The notes under the pieces were generated by a model. It made no database searches. It was not told where the DNA came from and was given only the letters and a program-made list of their open reading frames with translations. A program made the translations under genes and the position numbers. Shown in pieces: positions 27,286-41,700 of a stretch of DNA of 64,000 bases (its first letter is position 1; each line of letters opens with the position of its first letter). The DNA is from Chrysomallon squamiferum (lineage: Eukaryota; Animalia; Mollusca), in contig CM022665.1 of NCBI GenBank assembly GCA_012295275.1, positions 12,648,001-12,712,000 of the forward strand, written 5' to 3'.

Positions 27286-30064
27286 TTTGTAATATTTATT
27301 TTAAGGCAATACCCTGGTTTGCTCAGTGGCTGTCAGATAAACTGGATGTGTGACTGGCCACAAGAATCTCTGTTAGGAGAAGCTACTTACTTCATAGCCA
27401 AAAACCAGCTGGCTGAGGAGTTTGAAGATCTGAGGTAAATTATTCACATTAAAATTATATAGATAAATATTTCTGTTTATTTATTTACTTCAGATTATTT
27501 TTTATATTTTCTAGATATGCATTTTCTTTTACCATATATTAAATTATAGCTTATTAATACAAAAAATAAGAAACCTTGCATGTCCTTGAGTGTGTAAATA
27601 TATATGTGTGGGAGTGAGTATGTGGATTATATATATATATATATTAATTTATTTTCAGTGAAAATGTCACATCATGCCTGGCCAATATTCACAGTTTTGT
27701 GATGCGTGACTGTAAACAGATGCCTTGGGCAGGGGACTTGGGTGAGGATGTGAATCTCAGTGTGGTCAAAATTAACGAGAAAAAGAAAGATCAGCTCAAA
27801 GTTCACTTCATCAAAGTCCCTAACTTGCCATACTCAAAGTCAATCTTGCAGGAAAGAATTAGGTATGTATAATATGTAATTCGATTTAAATTTAAATTAT
27901 TTTATATATAAATGAATTGTCTTGAAAATGTTTTAACTAAAAAAAGTTTGTGATTACAAAAAATAATAATAATAATAATTTAAAAAATAAGTAAAATGGT
28001 AATGGTTAAAAAGAATAAGTTGAAAAAAAAGATAGTTTTGAAAGCATTTAAAATAAAGAGTCTTTAATAAATAATAAAGAAGTCTTGAAAAGTATTAAAT
28101 AATATATGAAAAACAAATTAAATAAAAACTGAATAATAATAAGAAGAATAAAATTGGATTGGGTTTTGGTGTTTTGGGGGTTTTTTGTTTTTGTTAAGTT
28201 TTTAATTAAAAATTTAAATTAACAAAATTCTATTTTCTGTTTATTATATAAGTATTTGTTTAAATTCTGATTATTAATTGTTCAGTTCTTCATTTAGATG
28301 TAATTATTCTAGAGAAGTATTATTAAGTGTATTTAAAAATAATATTGAAATTCTTAAAATGAAATTCTAAAATCTGAACAGAAAAAATGTTGCTACTCAA
28401 AATTAATTAAATAGAATAAAATAATAATAATAATAATAATTAAAAAAAATTATAAAAGGATTTAAGATGGATTCAGTTTCACATAATTATTTTATTTTAA
28501 TGGAAATAAATTGCAATCTTCTTTTATTATTTATTAATAAATTTAATGTCATAAAATTTGTATATTATTATTTTTTCATTTTGTACTATTATGTATCTTA
28601 TAATGATAAATTAACAAATGGGTATGTAATACTTTATGTACACGTATGTACACACACACACACACACACACACAGGTATTTTATTTATTTTTATTATAAT
28701 TAAATGTTTTGTTCAAATAAAATATGTTCTTTTGAAATCATCAAAGGAAGCAACACATTTTAAGATTTTGTAAGGACAAACTGTTAATTTTTTTTTTTCA
28801 TCTTTCATTTTATTCTTCTAGTTCTGCAGCCAGATACAGGGATGCAAGGTTATTAACATGCAAAACTGTGTTGCAAATATTTAATGCCTATATACCTGTG
28901 TCTTTTGTTTTGATTAATGCACTAAATTACATAATGAATTCATCATGTATATTTAAATTCACTGAAATTTTTATTTTTTGTAATCACATGCAACTGTTTT
29001 TGAAATATATTATTTTAAAATAAAAAGATAATATTTCAGAACACATAAAATAAAACATTTAAATTATTTTGTAAATTATTAATTAAATTAATTAATGTTA
29101 CATTTGTTTTAGTTTTAGCATGAATAATGCTAATTATTTGCTTTGTTTAACCAGATAAAAAAAATTTGCTGTTAAAATGTTTTTATTTGTGATAATACAA
29201 CATTTATACATATTATGACATTTTCTTAATCATTTTAATATTGGATTTGAAGAAATTTTCTTCATAACCAAGTGATTTAATAATAATAAAAATAACAATA
29301 ATGATAATAACAACCATAGTCATGATCATATTAACTGATGATGATGATGATGAATAATTATGATGATTATAATCATGATAAAAACACTGTATTTAATTTC
29401 ACCACTGGTTTAAATGCACATTTTTCAGCTGTGTTGTTTGATACTGCAGCACATTTTCAGTCAAAAATATATACTCCTATTGAAATAAATTCTTTATACA
29501 ATGGAAATACACTGTGTTAATAAATGTTTCACTGTCTATATTCATTTCCCCCCTTTATTACTTATTATCTTTTATCTTATGTATTATTATTATTATTATT
29601 ATGGTACTGTAGATATATTTTATTTATAATTATTTTTATTATAATTAAATACTATTGTTACTTTTTTAATTTTTATTTTAAATAGCTTTAATCCTTTATT
29701 AATTGTGTTTTAACACTGTTATTATCAATGCATGTATTAATGTTTGTTTTGTTAGGTTTTTCAAATACATTTACAAATAATATGTATTTACATCATTTCG
29801 AAAGGTAAGAACTTATGACTATTTGAGTCAATTTTTCTTATGTCAAAAGCAATAAATTTTGATTATAAATTAATATCTAAACCTTTATTTTATTTTTTTT
29901 CAAACTGTAATAGATTAAATCACAGGGATCCATCAATGAAGGCAAGAAATGAGATTTATGTTGGTCCAACAACTTACAAGAGATTTATGGACTGTTTCCA
30001 TTTCCTCTACAACAAGAAATCAAAAGAGAGGACTGAGGTTGTTGAAAAACTGAAGTGAGTAAAA

Positions 30065-30096
<32 letters not shown>

Positions 30097-33000
30097 CATT
30101 ATTTAAATGACAGATTAAAAGGCAATGGCAGAGTTTTGTTATTTTGAGGTTTTCTCTTCTTTTTCTATGATTTTGTTTTTGTTCATTTAAGTATGTTGTT
30201 TTTATAATCTGGATTTTTTTTTTTTTTAATAGTTTTAAATTATATTTTAATTTAATATTTTTAATTATTATTTTAAATTATATTTTAGTTAATTATTTTT
30301 AATATTAATTTAAATTATATTTTAATATATTATTTTAAATTATTATTTTAAACTGTATTTTAATTAATCATTTTTAATCATATTTATTATTCTGTTCTAT
30401 AAGGTATTTAATTATTTGTTTTTTTTTCTAAATAATTTTTTTTTTCATCATCTTTGATTTTTAATTTTTAAATAATTTTCCTTCTTTCTTTAATAAATAT
30501 TATTTTATTTTGTTTGTTTTGTTTTTTAAGTAAAAAAAAGAAAACATTACTTTAGACCAGCCATATTATATTCATATTCATATATCTTACAGAAAAGTCA
30601 TTGCAACACTTGACCAAACAAGAATTGATGCTAGAGCAATGAAGAAGGCTATAAAACAGATGACTGAAAGGTTTGAGGATTCCAAGACAATGACAGCCAA
30701 TTTGCTCTACCAGTTGTCGCAGAAGGCAACAGTGCTGGAAAAGTTAAAGGCAAAGATTGGGTTGAGCACCTCCTTGTATGCCTATCTCAATCTGAACGAA
30801 ATAGAAACCAATGAAGAAGAAGGTGATGAACTTCTTAAGGAAGGTATGTAGAAATATTTTTGAGTTACTTTAATAAGTATATGCAAAAAGATATGAAGCA
30901 TTTTAATAGTATTATTACAGTTGTTAATGATATTATATTTTGTTATTATATTTAGTAGTAGTAGGAGTAATATTAGTACTACTGCTTTATATTTTTTGTC
31001 AGTTTATTTATTTATTTTTAATTATCACTCCATACAGTGCATTTAAACATTTATAGATAGTATAACAGAAATTCCAGATAACAATATTTTGATGATTGTT
31101 TTCGCAGAGGAGTATGATGACTATGATGTTGAATTTGACAAAATGCGAGAAGCCACATTGAAAACAAGACAGGTACAAGCCAAAGAAGAACATGCCCAGG
31201 CACTCAAACAGCTTGAACAGTGTCGACAAAACCTGGAACATGGAAGACAGCAGGTTAGTATTCATTTTAGCAAATTTTCTAATATCAAATCATACAGCAG
31301 CTTGGAAATTAAATGTGTCATGGCTTTGTATTTCTCCATTAGATATTTGGCAGAGGTGGAATTAATTTAGGTTTTATTTAAATGATTTAACTCTTTTTGA
31401 TGTTAACAGAACGTTCAGTCATGTTTTATGGGATTTTTAAAACTATTATTAGAAATTAATTGCATTTTAGATTGCATAATGTTAATGAATCAATTTTTTA
31501 AGACTTCATATGAGTATAATTAGTATGAAATATATCAAATTTATCTTAAAAACTATTATAATGGATATAAAATGAACATGTTGTGAATAGAATTGGTATT
31601 CAATGATTTATTATGGTATAATTAGGACACTTCAAAAAAAAAAAAAAAGGGTTTTAATTTCTTTGACATTATTTAACCCCACCAATAAAAAAACAAATGA
31701 CAACAACAACAAATAATTCAGGTAATACTTTAAAAAACAGTATAAAATATATTAAACTTATGTTAAAAACAATTTTAATGGATACAAAAAATGAGCATTT
31801 TGTGAATAGAATTGTTTTCAGTTCAGCGATTTATTATGGTATTATTTGGACACTTTATAAAAATATTGTTAATATTTTGTAACATTATTTAGCCTATATC
31901 TCTAGCTAATTATTAAAAAATATATATATATATTTCAGGTAATTCACTGGAAGAGTAAGGTAGACAGACAGTGTATTGAGAGACTGAAAGCTTTTTCAAA
32001 CCCACCTCAGCTGGTGGGTCAGGTAATGGAGATGGTGATGACATTGATTGGTAAACGTCTGCCATCTCAGAGGATCCAGGAAGTCCAGATCCACTCACCT
32101 CACAAAGATGACATGTCTAGCAGAATGTCTTCTAGTTCCAGCAGCATCAAATATGTTGTCAAAAAACGTAAGTTTCACTGTTAAGTTAGTAAGACATCAT
32201 TACTGGTTGTTTCCATCAGAAAAATGCATTCATTTTCTGTGTATTTATCATTTTCACCTATAGATTCAAGTAACGGAAAGTTGTGATATCAAGTATGTTG
32301 GTAAGAAACATAGGTTTGATTATCAAGTTAGTTATAGGTAATTTTTTATTTATTTTTATTTTTATTTTATTTTTTTTCTCTTTTTCCAAAAGAAAAATGA
32401 TTAAATCATATCTTTAGCGTATTTATCATTTTACACTTATGGATTCAAGTGAAAGAAATTAATTTATAACATCAAGTATCTTGCTAAAACACAAGTTTGA
32501 CATTCAGATTATAGATCCTTATTTATGTGTTGTTTTAGAAAAGAACAAAGAACAGTCAGAAAGGTTTGATAAAACACAGTGGAAACAGATGCAGCTGACA
32601 ATGTCAGACTCAGCCAAGTTTGTGGACATGTTGCACAATGTATCATGGGAGGATGGCTTGCCAGAAGATGTTCTTACAGGTTTGCAAGAATTAATTTAAC
32701 AATTTTAAATTCTAGTTATAAAATAATTGTATAATGCTGACACAATTTATTATTATCTAGACTAAGGTGGTTTGTGAAACATTACATCTTGTCAAATGTT
32801 TTTTTTAATGTCTTAAGCTATAGAAAAGTGTTCATAGAATAATTTCAACCATACCAATTTATCATAATTCTGAATAAAATTGAAAATAAATGCATTTTAA
32901 TCCTTGTGTATTGTTTGAAACATAGATTGTTTTAAATTGAAAGATTAACTTTTAAATTATTGCATAAGCTATTTGTAATCAAAACCTAAGCATGCATACA

Positions 33001-34109
33001 TATATGTACATATATTTAATTTAATTTTTTAAACATATACATCTTGTGTTTAGTTATATTTCTATATTATAACAAGTGGAGTTTTGTATTTAAAAATTGA
33101 TTCATATTTTCACAGTATTTTTCCAAAAGAAGCTTTAGAATTATCTGGGGTTTTTAAATTTTTATTTTTTTTATAATTACTATCAATGAGTTATAAACTA
33201 TTTAAATTTTGTAATGTATTTTAGCTGTGGAGAGTTATCTGTGTGTTGGTAAAGATGGTCAACTTGGGGTCACAGGAGAAGGATCTCTTCTTGATAATGC
33301 TGCAGGTTTGTAGTGATGTTTTCCATCATGTATTTTCAAAAAACTATTTTACTATACAGTTCTGGAATATGTTTCTTTGTTTAGTTATCTAAATGTATGT
33401 TCATGTTTATTATGTGTGCATCTGTTTGTCTGAATATTTGCCTGTCTTTAAAATTATTTACAACTGGAAAAGTGTTCAAATTGAAATGTAGATAATCGAA
33501 ACTGTCTTCTTTTTTTTTTCTCTTTTTTTCTCCCCATCCTAACTAAAATAAAATTAAATAAATAAATAAATACTAAAAGTTACAGATTAAAACATATATC
33601 TGTATTTTTGTAATTCAGAAAAATTGTGGTTAGCATTAAAACTAAACTTCAGTTTAAAAAATCGTACTTGACCATCTAAATCTTTTATCTGAAACTCATT
33701 TTTATATCAATAAAACATTACAAGAATCCTAAAACAAAATCTATAACATCATTTGAAAATTTTTTAAACAGAAAAATCTTGGTCTGCAGTAAAGAGAACT
33801 CCATCGCCAGATAACAGTAAAGGCATTTCAATAGCAGCAGCTAAATTTTCCAGTGAGGACTGTGCACTTCTTGTACAATACACAATAGCCATTGTTGAGT
33901 ACTCATGGCTCTGTGGGCCTCTCAAAGCAGCCATGGAAAGACTCAGTGAGCTAGAGAGAGAAATTGAAGAAAATGAACGTTTACAAAGATTACAGGAGGA
34001 AGAGGTATTGACTTTTATTTAACTGTTTTTTTGTTTATTTTTTTTTAAATATATTTTTATATATGTGTTGATTGATATTATTATTCTGGTCTATTTATAT
34101 TTTATTTTA

Positions 34110-34168
<59 letters not shown>

Positions 34169-34353
34169 GTTAATATTATTATTATTATTTTTATTTTTTT
34201 TTATTTTTTATTTTTTTAAGAAATTAAATCTCTACTTGTGTGCACTTCTGTAAATTATAAATTTTCAAACAATAAGTGATATAAAAAAATTAATAATCTT
34301 TAAAAAAATCCATAATATATATATATTTTTTTTATCCAGAAAATTGCATTTAC

Positions 34354-34384
<31 letters not shown>

Positions 34385-35685
34385 GAATGGTTAAAAAAAT
34401 ATAGATTTCACAACAGATGCAGTTATGGGACATATTTTGGTTGTTTCCATTAAAAATATTAATAAATCTGCCTTCTGGGATATTTATAATTACAAACTTA
34501 AATAATCAAGTGAAAAAACATTTATTTACTAATACAACTGTCATTTTGGGAGCTTTATTAATCTTTACAAAAATAATTTCTTTAATAATCTTCTTCAAAT
34601 TTATATCATTTTTAAATTTACAATTAAGGGTTTCAGGGATACATAATGCAAAAAGCTTCATTTACTTCATGGTAATGGCTCATACTTATTTTGCTTTATC
34701 TACAACATATTTTTCTTTCTTTTATTTCTTTTTAATCAATTTATATTTACTTAATAATATCAATACATTATGTTAGTCTACTGTAAAGAGTTAAAAAAAC
34801 AAAAATCTATTTTTTATTTTAGTTATTTACATAAAATATTGAAATTTGTTATTACTGGTTTTTTGGTGGAGTTTTAATAAATTGTTATTATTAATATTAT
34901 AAAAAGCACAATATTAAAGAAATATATATTTCTGTAAAAGACTGACTTTTTACACTTTTTAATAAGAAATTATTATTATTATTATTGTGTTTTCATCACC
35001 ACTAACATTGCATGAATTATTTTTTTTTATATGATTTCTTACTTAGGCGTTACTAAGAGCACAGGTAACACACTATGATATACTAACCACTCACTAATAT
35101 TTTTATTTGTTTGTATTGTTTTATTAGCTTTTCCAAAACAATACATCTTTATTTACTTCCTTTATAGTAAAATTATATTGTTTTTGAATCTTAGGGTAGA
35201 CTTCTTTTTGTATTTTATTTTAATTTTTGATTTCTTAAATTTAAAAAAAGAAATTGAAAAGAGAAATGTAATTTGATTTTACATTATCATAAGTATTATA
35301 ACTGGTGAATTTTAATAGAATATTGATATTTGGGGCAGACACTTATTCAGAGTTAACGTAATAAAACTGAAGTACTATCAGTGGTCAAAATGAGTTAAAC
35401 ATCTTCACTATAAATATACCAAATCAGAAAGATTGTTTATCTCAAATAATGTTCCCAAACTGACCCCCTCAGTGTTGAGCTAATTTCATATTAAACTAAA
35501 TGGCTCAGCAACATTTTTTTTAACCCCACACATTCTTATTCTTATCCTATATATATATATATATATAAAATTTAAAATAGATATTAACTTTTGTATTTGT
35601 ATTTTTGTGGAAGATAAGAAATTTCATTAGATTTCTGACATATCTGTGGCCCTGTATATCCAAAATGCATGTGACCATTTTAATT

Positions 35686-35733
<48 letters not shown>

Positions 35734-38700
35734 ATTGTTCTATTTCATATTTAAGTTTGTAAGTACCAAAGATATAAATGAAAGGTAAAAAAAAAAATAA
35801 TAAAATAAAAAATGGTTACATGCATTTGTACATATGAAATTTCTTATCTTCCACAAAAATACAAATACAAAATTTAATATCTATTTTAAAATTTTTGTTT
35901 TTTTTTAGATTAGAAATTAAACAGTTTAATCAAACTTTTATTCAGATAACTTATAAATATTTTACTTTTTAAAATATGAATTTCTGAAAAGAATATTTAT
36001 TTTTAGATCATTTATTCAGGGTGCTGTTTAAATAAAATAAAAAACTAATTAAATTTTGCTTATTGCTTTAAATTTCCATCATAAATTGAACTCACATCCT
36101 TTGGGGAAAAAAAAAAAAAAAATTATTTATATATATATAACCTGAATTTTATTTAGTTGAATTAAATGAAGAGTTATCAAAATTAATCCATAAATATTTC
36201 ATTTGTAATTATTTTTGGAAGTTTTGAAAGCACTTGTAGGTATAGGTAAGTTTAATAATTATAAAACAAATGCCAGTCATTAGAATGAAGTTCTTGTTAA
36301 AGCACTGGTTCAGAAGAAAAATATAATTTCATTTCATTTCTTCATTTATTTATTGTATTGTTTTAATTTTTTTCTTCTTCTCTTTTTCATATTAATTTTG
36401 TACTCAGGTGATTCATTTAATTAAAAAATCCCAGTTCTCATGATTTGAGCTTCATAATAAAATTCTGCTGTTGATTTTTGTTTTGGCTTAATTGGCTCAC
36501 AGTGCTTTCTAAAATGAGATTTTTTCCAAGTTAGCTGAAAAAATATGTAATAATTACATAACACAATGATCAGTCATGTAGTGAGAGTGCCCATAATGAC
36601 TCATAGAGGTTTTAATTTAATTCTTATAAGCCAAAACAGTTCTTTTTTAATATCTGGAAAAAAGTAATCAGCATTTACTTCATACTTTCAACTTCATAAC
36701 ATTATAAACGGACATAATAACTAAATTTTATAAAAATTAAAAATTAAAAAATAAGAAGGAAAAGTATTAAAATGAAAATTGTTAATAAATTAAAGCCAGA
36801 ATAATTTTATTTAACATTCAAATATAAAAAGAGAATAAAACATTGAGGTAATTTATTAAAATATTTTTAAAATAGTGTTTAAATATCTGAAACTATATTG
36901 TTTTCAGTTTCACTTGCTTGTAATTTTTCAAAAAACCTTTCAAATTGTTTTTAGAGATCAGTCAACAATAAACAATTCAGATGGAAATACAATATTAAGA
37001 ATTCATTTAGAAATGGTTTGAAAATAAATAAATAAATAAACAAATAGTAATAATAAATTTTAAAAAGTTACTTATATTTTACTGTGGTTAGTATATTTTG
37101 AAGCATTGCTATATGTTCAAAAAATCTGACTGAAACATAACAGAAATAATTAAATATGATATTCCAACTTGCTTTAAATAAATAAATGAAATAAAGTCTG
37201 TGACTGAACATAGCAGCTCCATGTTGTTGTTTTTTAAGTGTCTTACTCACAATAAGTTTGCAGTAATTTGCATGGAACAATAAAATGTTGAAAAAGCTTA
37301 TTTTAAATTGTCAGTAATTCATAACATGAAATGTCTTTTGTGTATAAACACTCACATTTATGTTGTGTGTGTAAACAAGTAACAGTGATGACTATACAGC
37401 CATTTATAATAGAAATTAACCTATTTTAACATTTAATTTAAACATTTTAATGAATTACTGTGTAAATGAAATAGAAATCATTTTTAAATCAAAATATTTC
37501 TGAAATACAAACAGATTTATTCTACAAAATATTAAAATATGTATGATTATACTTTAAAATATTAAAATATTTACAAAAATACTTTGAACTGTTTAATCAC
37601 ATATAACTACTGTTATTAATAAAATAACTCTTTTTAGTTTAAGTAGTTTCTTTCAAGTATTTTTAGTTATGATCTAATTTTTTGTATAGAAATATATAAT
37701 TTCATACAGCTCTGTTATATTCATTTTAACATCAGTTAATGTTTCTGGTTTCATTGAATCATTTTTCTTGTTCTTGGTTTTGTTTCATTCAGTTGTATTT
37801 TAATTGTTATTTACTTTAATGCTATCAGAGAAGGCAACAACAACTTAAAAAGGTGTGTACTAACAAAGAATAAACTAGAAGGAGAATAGATTTTTGTTTT
37901 GTCTTCATAGATTAGTGCAATTTGTATTTTTCAAATGATTTTTGATCACATAGATATTTTAATTTTAAAGAAATTTGCAGTTACTGGTTCAAAAATGGTT
38001 AAGATATTAAGGTGTAATTTAGAATATGAAGATAAATATATATCAAAAGCTGGTGTTTGTAAAATTATGTGAAACCTTTTTATTTTTAATTTCTCTTTAA
38101 AAAGTTACCTGTAATCTTTAAAAATCTGTTATTAATATACTTACTTTAAAAGAAATAAATAAAAGAAGATAAAATTTGTGGAACATTTTTATTAGATAAA
38201 ATATGTTCAATAAGATTTTTTTTTTTTTAAAACCCACTACATTAGACAGATAATGTTTTATTTTATAATATTTATATTTCATAAAAGTGTATATTGTTAT
38301 GTTATTTTTTATGCGTCTAATTTGGTATGTAATTTATATCAAAATTTAGTTTTTCTCACTTTGTAAAGTTAAACTTCTGAGTCATAGAGAGGTAGAAAGA
38401 GTGAGAGAGAAAGAAAGCAAAGATTTAATGTATGTGTAAAGGTGTGTGTTTCATAGTGTTAAGAATTGTGATGAAATAAAACTAATGGTTCAAGTATACA
38501 GAATATTTATTAGGGAATTATAGAAAAAAATAAAACAGAAAATAAAATGAAAAATATAATTTGGTTCAAAATTAATCTCTAGCCTGAAGAAGAACACAGA
38601 GAGTTAAGTCCAGAACCTGAGGATGATCTTTCAGAAGCAGATCTGGCCAATGTCCAGGAAGAAGTGAACGTCCTCCAGCAGCAGTTTGACCAGGCTGTGG

Positions 38701-41700
38701 TAGAAAAACATTCTCTGGAGATGGAACTCCAGTCAATGAATGAACGTCTCAAAGCAGCAACTGAAATCATTGAAAGGTTGGTGATTCTGGACCATATTTT
38801 AGACTTACTGAAACCCAAAGATATATGAAAATATCGAGATCTTATTTGGCAACAATTAATTAAGCTGTGTTTCAGCTGAAATTAAAATTTGAGAAGCCCA
38901 TTTAGATAGCTAAACCAGATGTAATGTTGTTTTTTTGTTGTTTTTTTTAATATTTAAATCTGTGGCCATATTATATTGATGCAGTTTCTTCATAAACTAT
39001 TACTAAAGTAGTATCAATGCATTAAAACTCAAATGCTTATTCTTAATATTGTTTTGAAAACATTACTCCATTTATTATTTTAATTAAATATTAACAAAAT
39101 AATTTATTTAATAATTTTGAACAGACTTGACAAACAGTATCTAAAATTTCCTCTGATGAAGTATTTCTATAATCAATAAAATAAAATAAACATATATAGT
39201 AGTATATGAATGAAATAATAATAAAACAAGTAACAGATCATTTATCTAGCTTCCAGAAAACTGGTCTTAAAAATCTATTAATTTGAATCAGTTAAATACA
39301 ATTTCATTTTTTCACTTTTCATTGTTTATTTTATCATTCATGCATCTTGGTTCAGAAAACCATAAAATCCTGAAATGTGGGTCATTTTCAGTTTCAGTCT
39401 TACAGGATAAATGGTCTGGTACTGTATTAAAAATGTGTCTACAGAGGAGAATCAGATCCATTAGAAATATTACTGTATTAGTAATCCATTTTTAAAGGGT
39501 TTAGTTCACAACAAGAATTATCATTTGTCAGATTAATCATAAGAATATGAATATGTTTGCATATATATAAATTCTCAAACAATAAAGCTTTTTGACGATT
39601 TATTAGTTTAATTTTATTCCTCCGTTTTTTAATATTATTATTACATGCAGTATGAAGACACAGGAACGTGGTTGGCGGCAGTATGTGAAAGACAATGACT
39701 GCAACGAATTGTTGTTGAGTAACTGCATTGTGGCATCAGCCTTCCTCGTGTATTGTGCTGCTGTTGATATTGATACGAGAACACGAATGGGAGAGTTCTT
39801 CATGAATGTTTGTGAACATCACACCCTGCCACTTCATCAGAAACTGCTGTTTAGAAATATGGAGTTGATTGAATTTCTTTCTTCTCCAGTAAGAAGCAGA
39901 GAATTCTTTTAAGATGATCAAATACTGACTAGCAATAAATTAATTTTAATAAAATAAAGGCCCTTCTTTTTTGTAATATTATATATATTAAACATTTTAT
40001 TTCTGCAAATTTTAAATTTTCGATTATGTTCCAGAATTAGATTTTAAAATATATAATAAAGTTCAAATACAAATTAACATTTTATGTTAACAAATTTTAT
40101 AAAATGGATCAGATGCTAGTATTAGATTTTAAGGCATCGTTTGGAAAATATATATTAAAGTTGAGATGTGAAAATCTAATTTTATGTTTGCAAAGATTAC
40201 ATTTTGGATTAGATTCAAGCTTAAAGTTATAGTTCTTGTGTGTGTGTTTTACAAATATGTTGAACAGTTTCATCAAATGTTACAATTATTTGCTTTAAAT
40301 GTTTTGAAAAGGTTTTAATTCCATTTTACCTGTTACTGATGATGTTACAAAATAATTACTTATTTCTTTGATTATATTATTTATTTGCAATTATATACAA
40401 ATATTAAATTTTTACTTACAACCTTTTTTTCCCCCCTCACTTATTTATTTTTAGCATAACTAAACTGTATAACTGACAAGTTTTATATCACCTTTAATAT
40501 CGAAAAACTAGTAAAAAAAATATCATACTATTTTCTTACAACTTTAAAAAAATGTATTATTCAGCTGGATGTGATGAGACTTGATCTTCAAAATCTACCA
40601 ACAACACAGCTGATGTTGGAGAATGCTGCCTTCCTCATGCAAGAGGAGAGTATTACTGCTTGGCCACTTATCTGTGACCCAACATCCAGGGTTCTTGACT
40701 GGCTGAGATGCTATTTCAAAGACAAGGGACTTGTTGAAACCAAATACCATGTGAGCTGAGTTCATTTGTTCATTTAAAATATGTTTGTGATTATTAAAGT
40801 AACTCAGTTTTTAAGAGTGTGTTTTTCTGAATGTATGAAATGGAAAGAAAAAGGCAAGAAATTGTTATGTTGCTAACGAATGGTCTTTTTATTATTAATT
40901 TTTATTTTTAATTTATTTATTTTTTAGTAGTTTTTGCCATTTAAGACTGTCAGTGACAGAAAATGAATATACTTTTCCTTTTGTTGTTATGGATTTTATT
41001 GTTCTTAGCATAATGTTGCTTGTTATTGTTTGTTTGGGTATTTTATTTATATATTTATGTATTTATTTAATTATATATTTATTATTATTATTATTATTTT
41101 TGTTTTTAAAGTAATATAAATAATGAAATATTTCCAGTTTTAATGTAAATATTATCACTGTTGTTTTAAAATCTCTGCTTGCTGTTTTCTTTATGCATAT
41201 TAGGAAGTATTTTTTCGTAATGGGTAAATTGTTATATTAGGAAATGAGATCTCAACTTGAAAACTGTCTGGCTGATGGTACAGCACTGCTTGTCACAGAC
41301 TGTGATATAATGGAGCTGGTGAACGACAAAAGATTCAGAGACACAATACGTTCCAGCTACAGATTCATTGGTGGCAAGTCTCATTTCAAAGTAATTGTAA
41401 GTATCAGTTAAATATTTTACTGTTTTACAGTTTTTTATTAGATCTATGGACTTAAAACAAACCATAGGTTCATTGGTGGAAAGTCTTATTTCAAAGTAAT
41501 AGTGAGTATCAATTAAATATCTCACTTTTTTAAACATTTTTGTTTAGGAGTATACAATGATCTACAGAATCACTGGCAAATTTCATCTCAAAGTAATAGA
41601 AAGTATCAACAAGTATTTTACTTTTTAAGCACTTATTATTTGATTTTGTGAGAACAGAACAAGGTAAAAATGTATTGGTGGTAAATTTCATTTCAATGTA

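Noticed and set aside
32264-32300. Exon-like segment within an intronic duplication (about 32240 vs 32420)
   Set aside because: Contains an in-frame TGA and its length is not frame-preserving.
36240-36245. tag|GTATAG|gtaagt 6-nt segment
   Set aside because: Would encode Val-stop and has a weak acceptor; there is no evidence for a poison exon.
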